Positions 31,494 through 40,954 are shown, numbered from the stretch's first letter. The stretch is DNA of 64,000 bases from Deferribacterales bacterium (GCA_050253075.1 JBFWJS010000002.1:96001-160000), one strand, 5' to 3'. Program-made: numbers and translations. The notes: generated by a model from the letters alone, not told the origin.

Positions 31494-32126
31494 TTATTCT
31501 GCTGCAGCTTCGTCAGGTGTTGCATCAGGTGTTGCATCAGGTGTTGCTTCGGGTGCTGTCTCTGCATCTTCTGCGACATCAGCCTCAAGTCCTGTCTTGT
31601 ACTGGTGCTTATACTGATTTCTATACTGGTGCTTTGCCTGTGTCATTGAGCCTTCTGCATCAGCATTGACACCTGTCCCTGCCATTGTGTCTTCTGACGG
31701 GCCTGTGCCGTCCATGAGACCTGCTCCTTTACGTCCGATACCCTCAGCAGGACCAGTGCCGTCACATTCAGCATCTGCTGTGCCTGCAACTGTTTCGTCT
31801 GTTGTCTCTGTTGTAGACTCGTCTGTAACTTCCGCTCTGGATGAAACCGCAGTCATGCTTGATGTACCAAAGTTTGTGGAATTTCCGCTGAATCCGCCGC
31901 CAAAGCCTGATCCGTCGTATGAGCCGTCGGCTGCGCTTCCGCCGAAGCCTCCGCCGCCCATGCCGCCTGATGCCGAGCTGCCTGATGATGATCCGCCGGA
32001 AGAAGAACCACCTGATGAAGAACCGCCACCACCGTGTCCGCCGCCGGAACCGCCTTTACCTGCATATGCTGTCGTTACTGCTGCCATTGTGAATATCACT
32101 GTAAGAAGAATGATTAACTTTTTCAT
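31494..32126 (-). CDS. Secreted low-complexity Gly/Ser/acidic protein
   Basis: GGAGG RBS, signal peptide (…AYA), DGTGP x2, QYRNQYKHQYK, ATPD repeats. Confidence 0.8.
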   Translation of the reverse strand: MKKLIILLTVIFTMAAVTTAYAGKGGSGGGHGGGGSSSGGSSSGGSSSGSSASGGMGGGGFGGSAADGSYDGSGFGGGFSGNSTNFGTSSMTAVSSRAEVTDESTTETTDETVAGTADAECDGTGPAEGIGRKGAGLMDGTGPSEDTMAGTGVNADAEGSMTQAKHQYRNQYKHQYKTGLEADVAEDAETAPEATPDATPDATPDEAAAE

Positions 32127-32158
32127 TGTGTATACCTCCGTATCCTTTCTTCGTATGC

Positions 32159-32186
32159 ATAACGATTCAGAAACAGAAAGGTTACA
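32159..32186 (-). promoter_or_regulatory. Putative ECF-type promoter
   Basis: TGTAAC-N16-CGTTAT directly upstream of the first gene of the ECF cluster. Confidence 0.7.
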
Positions 32187-32296
32187 AAAAAGTTTCAACT
32201 GTAGCTTTCTAATAAAGTTGGAAACTGAAAACGGCGTAAGTTATTGATAATTCATTCAGGCGGTCACAATTTTTTCAAAGTTGAAAACTGGAGAAA

Positions 32297-32326
32297 AGGG
32301 TAGTGCTCATATATGAGCACTACCCT
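32297..32326. terminator. Perfect 30-bp palindrome, likely terminator of the yaaW-RHH transcript
   Basis: AGGGTAGTGCTCATATATGAGCACTACCCT. Confidence 0.6.
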
Positions 32327-32390
32327 ATTTACACAAAATAATGAGCAAGTATTTATATTAATTTGCCAGACATACTGTAACATCAAGCTG

Positions 32391-32537
32391 TTATTTTTTA
32401 TCTTCTTTTTTAATTAAGAAACGTAAATATGCTGATATTGATAAGCCATTCTCCGAAGCTTTTCGTTTAAACTTCTCGTATGTATCCCTATCCAAATAAC
32501 AACTTAGTTTTACTGTTTCTTTCTTGTCATAACTCAT
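32391..32537 (-). CDS. Small ribbon-helix-helix (CopG-like) protein, 48 aa (not in the ORF track)
   Basis: MSYDKKETVKLSCYLDRDTYEKFKRKASENGLSISAYLRFLIKKEDKK; ATGA overlap with the upstream stop. Confidence 0.75.
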   Translation of the reverse strand: MSYDKKETVKLSCYLDRDTYEKFKRKASENGLSISAYLRFLIKKEDKK

Positions 32538-33286
32538 TGTTCGTCTGTAGACTCCTCCATGCTTTTCGTCATATAAAGTTGTCGTAAATAAGCTATTTGA
32601 ATTACTGCAGGAATCGTTACCCTATAGGCAGGTCCTGCTATATCTATAGCAGTCCACAGTCCAGTGATAATCCAGCCTATTGGGCCTGCAAAAATCGAAA
32701 TTGTTCTTGTTAAAGTTGCATTAGCAGCTAAGCTAAGTCCTCGACCAAAAATTGCTTTCATAACTGCATTTGCGACGATGACAGCTATCTGATATGATTT
32801 GAATCCACCTTTTTTTATGGCGAACTGAACAGCCATTGTTATACCATTTGCTGTAAAGTCAGTTGTTTTTAACTCAAGCTCTTTTGCAACTTCTTTTAGT
32901 TCTTCCTGCGACATTTCTCTTGTTGCATCTTCAAATATTTTCAGAAATAGATTTTGCTCTATATTTATTGTTGTAGAATTTTTATTGTAATTAACCTTCA
33001 TCTTATCACAAACATCGCAAAGTACTTCTTTGTATAAGACACCTTCGCCAAAGCGCAATAGATTGGCAAAGGTATTTCCACCAAAACGTTGTATTTCTTC
33101 AGCAATTAGATCCCAGTACTGGATATGGTTAGGAGAATATCTTTTGTATTTATCGCTAGTCGTAAGTTCCTCTGTTAATCTTAGTTCACCATCTTTATCC
33201 TTTATCAGAACAGTTACTAAATCTTCAAGTTCATTGCTCTCCATATCTTGTAAGAATTCTAAGTCAGCATCTAATCTATAAGCCAT
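32534..33286 (-). CDS. YaaW/UPF0174 (DUF3944) family protein
   Basis: MAYR.D.DLEFL, R.TE.L, IAEE.Q.FGGN, GP.GW, AGPAYRVTIPAV.QIA.LR. Confidence 0.88.
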   Translation of the reverse strand: MAYRLDADLEFLQDMESNELEDLVTVLIKDKDGELRLTEELTTSDKYKRYSPNHIQYWDLIAEEIQRFGGNTFANLLRFGEGVLYKEVLCDVCDKMKVNYNKNSTTINIEQNLFLKIFEDATREMSQEELKEVAKELELKTTDFTANGITMAVQFAIKKGGFKSYQIAVIVANAVMKAIFGRGLSLAANATLTRTISIFAGPIGWIITGLWTAIDIAGPAYRVTIPAVIQIAYLRQLYMTKSMEESTDEQ

Positions 33287-33302
33287 AACATACCTCCGGT
33301 GC

Positions 33303-33383
33303 GCCTAATATGACGCTAAAGTAACTCCACTATAACCCCATATTAACCCCGTGTCAAGTTTTGTTTCGTCTTGCCTAATATGA
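33303..33383 (-). promoter_or_regulatory. sigma70 promoter flanked by 11-bp direct repeats
   Basis: TTGACA(33357-33352)-N17-TATAGT; GCCTAATATGA at 33303-33313 and 33373-33383. Confidence 0.65.
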
Positions 33384-33406
33384 TGTTTTTTGCAGACAGT
33401 AAATAA

Positions 33407-33448
33407 TGAACCGCCCCTAAAATCGTAGACACTTCTAGGGGCGATTCA
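33407..33448. mobile_element. IS3-family end remnant (two terminal IRs joined, no transposase)
   Basis: TGAACCGCCCCTA...TAGGGGCGATTCA; TG...CA termini and TGAACCGCCCC..TAGACAC resemble IS3-family IRs. Confidence 0.55.
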
Positions 33449-33586
33449 ACCAGTAGAGTTAGAACCTCTGAATTTAGGAATCTTTATTTGGGGCTCGTAT
33501 TCGCTTAACTGAGGTTGACCAAAAGAGATATCAGACATATATTCAGCAGAGAAAGAAAATGCGGGAGAAAACCGCTGGAGGAAAAC

Positions 33587-33703
33587 ATGGCTACGAAAAC
33601 AGGCGAAGTGTACATCTGCAAAGTTTGTCAGGCGATGGTAAAAGTTGAGAACGGCGGAAGCGGCGCTCTTATGTGCTGTATGGTAAAAATGCAGAAACAG
33701 TAA
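33587..33703 (+). CDS. Desulforedoxin-like FeCys4 protein, 38 aa
   Basis: GEVYICKVC...GGSGALMCC; GGAGG RBS. Confidence 0.85.
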   Translation: MATKTGEVYICKVCQAMVKVENGGSGALMCCMVKMQKQ

Positions 33704-34689
33704 TGCTTTTCAGGATCCCTCTGCTGCTCTTACTGCTTGTCTTGCCTGCGGAAGTATTCGCAGGTGCAGGCTATGCGGAGCAGGTGTTTAAGGATAAACA
33801 GAGGCACAGAAAGCTCGATACATTCATCTGGTATCCGTCTGCGGAGGCAGAGGTGAAAGAATCTGAAGCCAAAAGGGTCTTCAAAGGGTTTTACGCTGAA
33901 AAGAACTCTAAAATAACAGCCGTCAATGCTCCGCTGGTGGTCATGCTCCACGGCACAGGTGGTAACAAGACAAATCAGGGCTGGCTGGCGCAGGCACTAG
34001 CTGAAAACGGTGCAGTGGTTATAGCGGCCGACCACCCGAAAAGCTCTGTAAAAGAAGCAGGAGCCATGCCCGAAATATGGCTTCAGGCGCAGGATGCCTC
34101 TTTCCTTATCGATTCTATCCTTTTGTCAGAATATTCCCAATACATCGACAGTAATAAAATATATGCGCTGGGTTTTTCACTCGGCGGGTATTCCGCCCTT
34201 GCCCTCGCAGGTGCAGAGGTTAATATGCGCAGATATATCGACTTTTGCTCAGAGGAGAGCACAAAGGCCTGTGCAAATATGGCTCCGATACTGAAAAAGA
34301 TGCCCGACACCTACTTTGAAACAGCGTCAAAGAGCTATGCCGACAGAAGGATCAAGAAGGTGACGGCTATTGCTCCAGCTTTTGTCGGTACAATGAGCAA
34401 TGAATCTCTGGCATCTATAAATATCCCTGTGATGGTGCTGGCAGCCGGACAGGATCTCAACATTGACCCCGATCTTGAATATGAGCAAATATACGATGGA
34501 CAATACCCAAACATCGCATACGACGAAGTCTATGAAGCCGACCACTATGCTTTCATTCAGGAGTGTAAGGACGGCGCCGTGGAAAAGATGGGCAGGATGG
34601 CATTCCTTTGCAGAGAGCCAGTAAAACAGTCCCGTGCGGAAAGTCACAAAGAAGCCCTAAGCAAGATAATCCCCTTTATATTCAAATAG
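33703..34689 (+). CDS. Secreted alpha/beta hydrolase (dienelactone hydrolase-like)
   Basis: Signal peptide, HGTGG, GFSLGG, DHYAF. Confidence 0.85.
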   Translation: MLFRIPLLLLLLVLPAEVFAGAGYAEQVFKDKQRHRKLDTFIWYPSAEAEVKESEAKRVFKGFYAEKNSKITAVNAPLVVMLHGTGGNKTNQGWLAQALAENGAVVIAADHPKSSVKEAGAMPEIWLQAQDASFLIDSILLSEYSQYIDSNKIYALGFSLGGYSALALAGAEVNMRRYIDFCSEESTKACANMAPILKKMPDTYFETASKSYADRRIKKVTAIAPAFVGTMSNESLASINIPVMVLAAGQDLNIDPDLEYEQIYDGQYPNIAYDEVYEADHYAFIQECKDGAVEKMGRMAFLCREPVKQSRAESHKEALSKIIPFIFK

Positions 34690-34777
34690 ATCCCACGGGT
34701 AAATCCGTGTTTCTATAATTCGCACATGCTGAAGGTGCGGAGTAATAAATCCGTTGTCATAACTATGCATAAAATAC

Positions 34778-34911
34778 GTCACTGCGAAGCTCGCAGGGCT
34801 GTGGCACTAGCCGAACGCTGTACGAGTCTATGACAGTTATTGCCGAGCTAGTCTTTCAGCTTTTTTCGTTAAATGCACTTGGAAGATTGCTTCACATTCG
34901 TTCGCAATGAC
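34778..34911. repeat. REP-like palindromic element
   Basis: GTCACTGCGAAG...GATTGCTTC..TTCGCAATGAC. Confidence 0.65.
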
Positions 34912-34983
34912 ATTCTTATCAGATATAAAAAAGGAGCCCCGAAGGACTCCTTATTATCATTCATAAATTGAATAACTAACTTA

Positions 34984-35577
34984 TTAGTATGATTCTATGA
35001 AGAGCTCGAAGTGCTCTTGTTTGTGTGCGCAGACAGGGCATACGCCGGGAGCTTCGATACCTGAATGCACGTGTCCGCAGACCATACATTTCCACTGAAC
35101 AACTTCGTTTTTCTTAAACACAAGTCCGTCAGCCATGTTCTGAGCGAGCTTGAGGTATCTTGCTTCGTGGTGAGCTTCGATAGCTGCGATCTTTGTGAAG
35201 AGAGATTCGATGTGAGGGAAACCTTCTTCCTTAGCTATTTTAGCGAATGTAGGGTAAAGGATCTCCCACTCTTCGTGCTCGCCTTCGGCAGCATATTTAA
35301 GGTTATCGAGAGTGCTTTTGAATGCTACAGGGTAGTCTGCGTTGATAGTAACGGCAGTAGGCATATCTGTAGCGCCGTCGCAGGCATACTGGAAGAATCT
35401 TTTCGCGTGCATACGCTCGTTGATAGATGTCTCCATGAATATTGCCTCTATTTGTCTGAAACCTTCGTTTCTAGCTACTCCTGCATAATAGTCATATCTG
35501 TTTCTCGCCTGAGATTCGCCGGCGAAAGCTTTCATAAGGTTCTGAAGTGTTTCAGTTCCTAAAAGTGACTTGGACAT
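34984..35577 (-). CDS. rbr: Rubrerythrin
   Basis: AFAGESQARNRY, E..H motifs, C-terminal CMVCG..CPVC rubredoxin domain. Confidence 0.95.
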   Translation of the reverse strand: MSKSLLGTETLQNLMKAFAGESQARNRYDYYAGVARNEGFRQIEAIFMETSINERMHAKRFFQYACDGATDMPTAVTINADYPVAFKSTLDNLKYAAEGEHEEWEILYPTFAKIAKEEGFPHIESLFTKIAAIEAHHEARYLKLAQNMADGLVFKKNEVVQWKCMVCGHVHSGIEAPGVCPVCAHKQEHFELFIESY

Positions 35578-35655
35578 TTTATCCTCCTTTTGATTTAAAC
35601 TGAAAATATTGTACCACAAACTTTCAGAATTTCAATCTCTAAATGATAAAAATTA

Positions 35656-37116
35656 TTATTTACTTAATAATTTCTCTATCATATTGTTCATAGCATATTT
35701 AAAGTCCTCCACAGCACCGCTGAACTCTCTCAGCCTGTGGTGAACCTGACTGTCGCCTGACCTGACGGCAGCAACGACCTGATCGGCATATTTATGCGCC
35801 ATTTTGTGCGGTCCTTCGATAGCTTTATAGTCTCTGTCCCCTGAAAATGTCTTCTGATATTCTTCGCTGTAGTATGCCTTTCCGAACATACAGTTTGCAT
35901 GATCAGGGATCTTCATATCAGCCTGTTTATTGATAACAGCGGTCTGCATAGCCTTCAGCACGTTGACATGCCCCAGCTTCGCCCTGATGAACATCGCCGC
36001 AGTATCGCCCTTTTTATAATGTGTAACAGACTGATCTATCTTGTTTATAGAGTCCATCAGCAGCCCAATGGATGAGCCCAGAGTATCACCCAGCTCGTCG
36101 AGGAGCTCTGAATCCTGACGGAAAGATTCGATATTTTCAGCGATAAGGCTGGAAGCCTCCACCTGCTGTGTCATAGAGTGGGCGATATTGCCGATGAATT
36201 CGCTTATCTCGCTCATTTCCTCTGCGACGGTGGCGAAGCTCTCGCCGACCTCACTGTTTTTGGAAAGCTGAGATGCGACAGCCTGAGATGTCTTCGCCGA
36301 CATATCGGAAGCCTGACGGATGCTGTCTGTGATACTTTTCACCACAGATCCTATCTCTTCTGTCGCCTGTTTTGTCCTCTCTGCCAGTTTACGCACTTCA
36401 TCCGCCACCACGGCAAAGCCTCTGCCTGCCTCCCCTGCTCTGGCTGCCTCTATTGCAGCGTTAAGTGCGAGAAGGTTTGTCTGGTCAGACACATCATTAA
36501 TTACACCGAGTACGTCACCGATCTTGAGGGCTTCGGTCTCCAGCTGTTTGATATCCGATGCCAGCAGATTCATGGTTTCGCCCACTATCTCTGCCTTTGC
36601 ATTGTTCTCAGTCATCTTATCAGCACCCTGCGATGCGACATTCACCGCATGCTGAGCCTTTTCCGCTGATTCGGTGATAACGCCGGATATCTCCGTAATG
36701 GTCATGGCGAGTTCGTTCCCCGATGCTGCCACCTGTGAGGACACAAGACTGCTGTGCTCGGCTATCTTTTTTATCTCTGCTATCTGATTGATAAGAGGGA
36801 TGCTGGCGTCGCCTGCCTGAGAGATGCCTACATATGCACTGCGCATATTGACATCCAGCCTCTCTGCGAAAGACTTGATATTTACAGGGAGTGAAGACTC
36901 CTTTATACGGCTGTAGTCGCCTGATTCGAGAAGACATTCGCCGCCGGATTTACTGCTGTTCTGCTTATCTGATTTCAGAAAAAATGTGATGCCTATTATT
37001 AAGGATATCAGTGCAGATATTAATGTGGAAATCCATGAAGCATTTGTAAGGAAAACAGAAACGGGTATGAGTACCAATAGAATAAACTGTATTATCTTGA
37101 TTTGATTCAGAACCAT
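35656..37116 (-). CDS. Methyl-accepting chemotaxis protein with C-terminal CZB zinc domain
   Basis: [19 protein letters not shown]...DH..C.FGK..Y...H...H. Confidence 0.9.
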   Translation of the reverse strand: MVLNQIKIIQFILLVLIPVSVFLTNASWISTLISALISLIIGITFFLKSDKQNSSKSGGECLLESGDYSRIKESSLPVNIKSFAERLDVNMRSAYVGISQAGDASIPLINQIAEIKKIAEHSSLVSSQVAASGNELAMTITEISGVITESAEKAQHAVNVASQGADKMTENNAKAEIVGETMNLLASDIKQLETEALKIGDVLGVINDVSDQTNLLALNAAIEAARAGEAGRGFAVVADEVRKLAERTKQATEEIGSVVKSITDSIRQASDMSAKTSQAVASQLSKNSEVGESFATVAEEMSEISEFIGNIAHSMTQQVEASSLIAENIESFRQDSELLDELGDTLGSSIGLLMDSINKIDQSVTHYKKGDTAAMFIRAKLGHVNVLKAMQTAVINKQADMKIPDHANCMFGKAYYSEEYQKTFSGDRDYKAIEGPHKMAHKYADQVVAAVRSGDSQVHHRLREFSGAVEDFKYAMNNMIEKLLSK

Positions 37117-37214
37117 TGTCATCTCCTGATGAAATATATAACGCATCAGATTAATAACTTTAGTTCATAATTGCAATAAATACTTAACGGTTCATAAAAT
37201 ATTTGAATTTGTGT

Positions 37215-38510
37215 TTATACACTAAGCCCGTTACGCCCTATTCTCACATTTTTATTTATTTTCAGGTACTCCTGCAGGGCCTTTTCCTGTGATCTCGCTC
37301 TTATCACATGCACCTGTTTAAGGTTCTTTAGAAGTAAGCCCACGATGCCAGGGTCGAGTTTGTTATCACGAGCCATCTTCTTCATAAGCTCCGCCGCATC
37401 ATCTGTGTTCATGCCGCTTCTATATGGTCTCTCCTCTGTCAGAGCGGAGAAAACATCCGCCACGGCGACAATCCTCGCCCCTGTGCTGATGTCTTCGCCC
37501 TTAAGCCCGAATGGGTATCCGCTCCCGTCCATCCTCTCATGGTGGTGCGAAGCCCACATGGTGACGGTTTCCAGCCCCTTTATCTTTCCGAGTATCCTGT
37601 ATGTGTGGTAAGAGTGCGAACGCATTATGTCAAACTCGCCCTGCGACAGCCCCGCCTCTTTATCCAATATACACGTGTGGATACTCAGCTTTCCCATATC
37701 ATGCAGGAAGCCCGCTATCTGAAGCATGGAGCAGTCATAGCTGTCCATACCGGAAAGCATGCCGAGAGACATAGCAACGGCGGCAACGCCTGATGAATGT
37801 GAAGCGGTGTAAGGACTGCGGAAGTCGATGAGGTATGAGATTATCTTTGTAAACTGTATCAGCTCGTCAAGGGTGAGGTATCGGACATACTCGGGGAATT
37901 CCTTTTTAACCACTTCGTCCAGACGCAGGTGGTCGAGGTAAAGCCAGTTATAATCATTACTGAACGCTTCCAGAAAAGCATTCACCACCGTCGGTGCAAA
38001 CATTGTGCCCGACTGCGAACGTACAGTCTCGAGTATCGCTTTTTTCTGGTGCAGGATATACACGTCTTTGTTTATCAGCATGTCCACAAAGTCTGCCAGA
38101 TGTATTATGTGCCCTTCATAGGGGACTATCTTTCCGCCTGCAACGTGCCCTTTGCCGTCTTCCCACTGATGATGATGATACTTTATTATGTTGGCCACTC
38201 TTTCCAGCGGCTTGAATTTATTAAGGAGGATGTATCCTGTCTCTGCGTGGCTTTCCACATCCTGATCAAGCACATTGTGCAGTTCGCTGGATTCTCCGTC
38301 GTGGGATAGAGTGCCTATGTCGTGCATGGCAGCAGCAAGGATGAGGTCGTATGCTCTTTCTCTGGATATTTTCATCTGCTCTCCGATGGTGTGAGAGATG
38401 AAAGCGACACGCTGATGGTGCCGTGTGAGATTATCATTTACTAAGTCCACAGTGCTCGATATCGCGTTCACTACACTGCGCAGAGTAACTCCGGTCTTTA
38501 TATCAGACAT
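37215..38510 (-). CDS. Tandem HD / HD-GYP phosphodiesterase
   Basis: HDIG and HDMGK; HHERMDGSGYP. Confidence 0.92.
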   Translation of the reverse strand: MSDIKTGVTLRSVVNAISSTVDLVNDNLTRHHQRVAFISHTIGEQMKISRERAYDLILAAAMHDIGTLSHDGESSELHNVLDQDVESHAETGYILLNKFKPLERVANIIKYHHHQWEDGKGHVAGGKIVPYEGHIIHLADFVDMLINKDVYILHQKKAILETVRSQSGTMFAPTVVNAFLEAFSNDYNWLYLDHLRLDEVVKKEFPEYVRYLTLDELIQFTKIISYLIDFRSPYTASHSSGVAAVAMSLGMLSGMDSYDCSMLQIAGFLHDMGKLSIHTCILDKEAGLSQGEFDIMRSHSYHTYRILGKIKGLETVTMWASHHHERMDGSGYPFGLKGEDISTGARIVAVADVFSALTEERPYRSGMNTDDAAELMKKMARDNKLDPGIVGLLLKNLKQVHVIRARSQEKALQEYLKINKNVRIGRNGLSV

Positions 38511-38534
38511 AAATCACCAATAACAACACATGTT

Positions 38535-38560
38535 TAATAATGATATCGATTATCATTATC
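38535..38560. promoter_or_regulatory. Fur-like box upstream of the HD-GYP gene
   Basis: Minus strand GATAATGATAATCGATATC matches 17/19 of the Fur consensus. Confidence 0.65.
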
Positions 38561-38697
38561 CTAATAAATAATCAAGAGCAAATTTTGGATAAAAAGAAAG
38601 GCCGCTTGCTCAGGGCGGCCTCTCTCTTACTTAAGGGGGTTCTATGAAAAGTTCACTACTTGGAATATCCTGATTTTCATCAGGTATTGTTTAGTGA

Positions 38698-38778
38698 TTA
38701 TTTACCGTGATGCCAAACGAAGCCCCAGTAAGCGGCTATCGCAAGTACACAGAAAGTTCCTATTGCTAAAGAGTACAT
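38698..38778 (-). CDS. Putative 26-aa membrane peptide (not in the ORF track)
   Basis: GAGGTG RBS; MYSLAIGTFCVLAIAAYWGFVWHHGK; downstream terminator near 38591-38622. Confidence 0.6.
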   Translation of the reverse strand: MYSLAIGTFCVLAIAAYWGFVWHHGK

Positions 38779-39226
38779 ATTGCACCTCGTTTTAGATTTC
38801 TTTATCTCATTGATTTATTTGTACAATATACCCCTCAAAAAATAAAACAAGTATTATTTTTGTTTCAGTTTTTCGCTTTTGATGCTGATTAACATCACTC
38901 CGTTTTATTTTAACTCAGCATAATAAATAGGCTTCATAGGATTTATTGATAGAAATATGGATAAAACATAAAAAGAGGACATGTTTAAAATTTATATTCT
39001 TATTACTAAAGAGTTATGAGTTTTGAAAAATCAATTGATAAAATATTGAGCTCTGAAAAAGTATACAAAAGTTTTCTAAAACGGCCACGAGTTCCGTTAT
39101 ACTTAACCGCAATAAATATGAAAAAAAATTGCGGATGAGGCTTCGCAACCCCACCCGCATCATTTAAAAGCTATTTATCAGTTAGTTACAAAACATACTT
39201 GTTCAGAAACTGTTTTTAAAATGTTA

Positions 39227-40111
39227 TCACTCAGGTTTCACTCCAGAATCGATAATAATGAAGATATCCATCGGCATGGTTCCCGCCTCTTCGCCTACAC
39301 TTTTAAGACTGTCGTTTTCGTCTGCTTCGATATTATACTTCATTAATCTGTTCAGAGCCTCTTCCACACTGATCCCTACCTGAGCCGCAGCATCGGCTAC
39401 GCTCTTCTTGCCCATCCCAGAGCCCATCATAGACTCATACTTGGACATATCCACACCTTCCTGCACACCTTCATACATGGTCACAGGCTCGTCTTCAGCA
39501 CCCTCTATCTGCGTAGGCTTCAGCAGTGCAAATATATGCGCAGGGTCAGTGTTATTATTATTTGCTATAGTCTTCAAATTCTCTTCCATAGTGTATTTGA
39601 TGCCTTCAGCGTTTAATATTTCAATTGCTTTTACTTCGTCGAATTTCATTCTCTTAATAAAGGCGGCCATTGTGGTCAGTTCTGCATGTGGATACGGCGG
39701 ATTGCCCAGAGAATATTCATAATCTTCCTTGATATCGTCGAGAGCAAAGAGAATGTTCCCGAAAGGAGGCACTAGGGCAAGTGTGCCCCACACAACCAAA
39801 ACAGCAAGGATAAAACCGAGGATTGTCTCCTTTGTAAATATGACCAGCCTGCCTGACCTGTTCTTCATATAGCTGAGAAGAGGTTTCCAGTTCAGCCAGA
39901 GGTGCAGCACCATCAAAACCAGAAACAGCATAGATATAGTTATATGTGTCTGGTTGTACATCGTCTTATTCATGCCAAAGATGCGCCAGTCTGCCCAATA
40001 GGCTATCCTGCCCGCAGGGGTGAAATACATTACGATCCCGCTGAATGCCAGATAAATAAATGAAAACAAAGATGCCATAGATACTGCTTTACGCAAAATG
40101 TTCTTGCTCAT
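39227..40111 (-). CDS. DUF4405-like membrane protein with periplasmic domain
   Basis: SGIVMYF.P.GRIAYW..W..G, H...LHLWLNW, PYPHAE. Confidence 0.75.
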   Translation of the reverse strand: MSKNILRKAVSMASLFSFIYLAFSGIVMYFTPAGRIAYWADWRIFGMNKTMYNQTHITISMLFLVLMVLHLWLNWKPLLSYMKNRSGRLVIFTKETILGFILAVLVVWGTLALVPPFGNILFALDDIKEDYEYSLGNPPYPHAELTTMAAFIKRMKFDEVKAIEILNAEGIKYTMEENLKTIANNNNTDPAHIFALLKPTQIEGAEDEPVTMYEGVQEGVDMSKYESMMGSGMGKKSVADAAAQVGISVEEALNRLMKYNIEADENDSLKSVGEEAGTMPMDIFIIIDSGVKPE

Positions 40112-40178
40112 GTCCTGCTCCGATATGACTTTATAGTTTATTATATCTTAAAACCCGTTCGTTTTATATGAAATATGA

Positions 40179-40194
40179 TGCAAAACACATGCCA
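40179..40194 (-). promoter_or_regulatory. Putative sigma54 promoter
   Basis: TGGCATGTGTTTTGCA with -24 GG / -12 GC spacing. Confidence 0.6.
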
Positions 40195-40321
40195 CACATA
40201 AACTACTTTAACACACTGATAATACTACATTCGCTCAAAGCTGTATTGTATAAACAATGCACATATGTGCAGTAAATGCGCAATCTTGCGTTTAGTCATG
40301 ATAGGTGATATATTGACCGCC

Positions 40322-40954
40322 ATGAAAAATATATTATTCGACCTTGACGGTACACTGACAAACCCTCGCGAGGGCATCCTTAACTGTATAAGATATGCTC
40401 TGGACAAGCTGAACGTAGCGGCACCGCCCGAAAGCAGCCTGTTGAAATACATCGGACCTTCGCTTTGGGAGAGCTTCAAAGAGATGCTCAACACCGACAG
40501 CGAGGAAAAAGCGAACGAAGGCGTAATGCTTTACCGTGAGCGCTTCTCCACAGTGGGAAAGTTTGAGAATACACCCTATTCCGGCATACATGAAACGCTA
40601 AAGACCCTCCGCTCAAAAGGCTATACATTATATATATGTACATCAAAGCCTTCCGTCTTTGCCAAAGAGATAGCAGAGCATTTCAAATTTGCCTCATTTT
40701 TCAAAGAGATATACGGAAGCAACCTCGACGGAAGTTTAGTGGATAAGACCCAGCTGATAGCACATATACTGCATGCAGAACAACTAGACCCGTCAGAATC
40801 AATAATGATAGGCGACAGGAAGTATGATCTGATCGGCGCAAGGAACAACTCGCTCAAACCCTACGGTGTTTCATACGGGTTCGGTTCAGGAGAGGAGCTG
40901 AAAGATGCGGAATACGTCTTTAACGCACCAATTAAAATCGCTTCGTATTTTTAA
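40322..40954 (+). CDS. HAD-family phosphatase
   Basis: FDLDGTL, TSKP, MIGDRKYD. Confidence 0.92.
   Translation: MKNILFDLDGTLTNPREGILNCIRYALDKLNVAAPPESSLLKYIGPSLWESFKEMLNTDSEEKANEGVMLYRERFSTVGKFENTPYSGIHETLKTLRSKGYTLYICTSKPSVFAKEIAEHFKFASFFKEIYGSNLDGSLVDKTQLIAHILHAEQLDPSESIMIGDRKYDLIGARNNSLKPYGVSYGFGSGEELKDAEYVFNAPIKIASYF

Noticed and set aside
29312..32247. Pro-rich plus-strand ORFs (29312-29650, 31666-32247)
   Set aside because: They are antisense shadows of Gly-rich coding sequence.
32191..32290. AAAGTTG(G/A)AAACTG repeated upstream of the ECF cluster
   Set aside because: Two copies plus a partial inverted one in AT-rich DNA; too weak to call a binding site.
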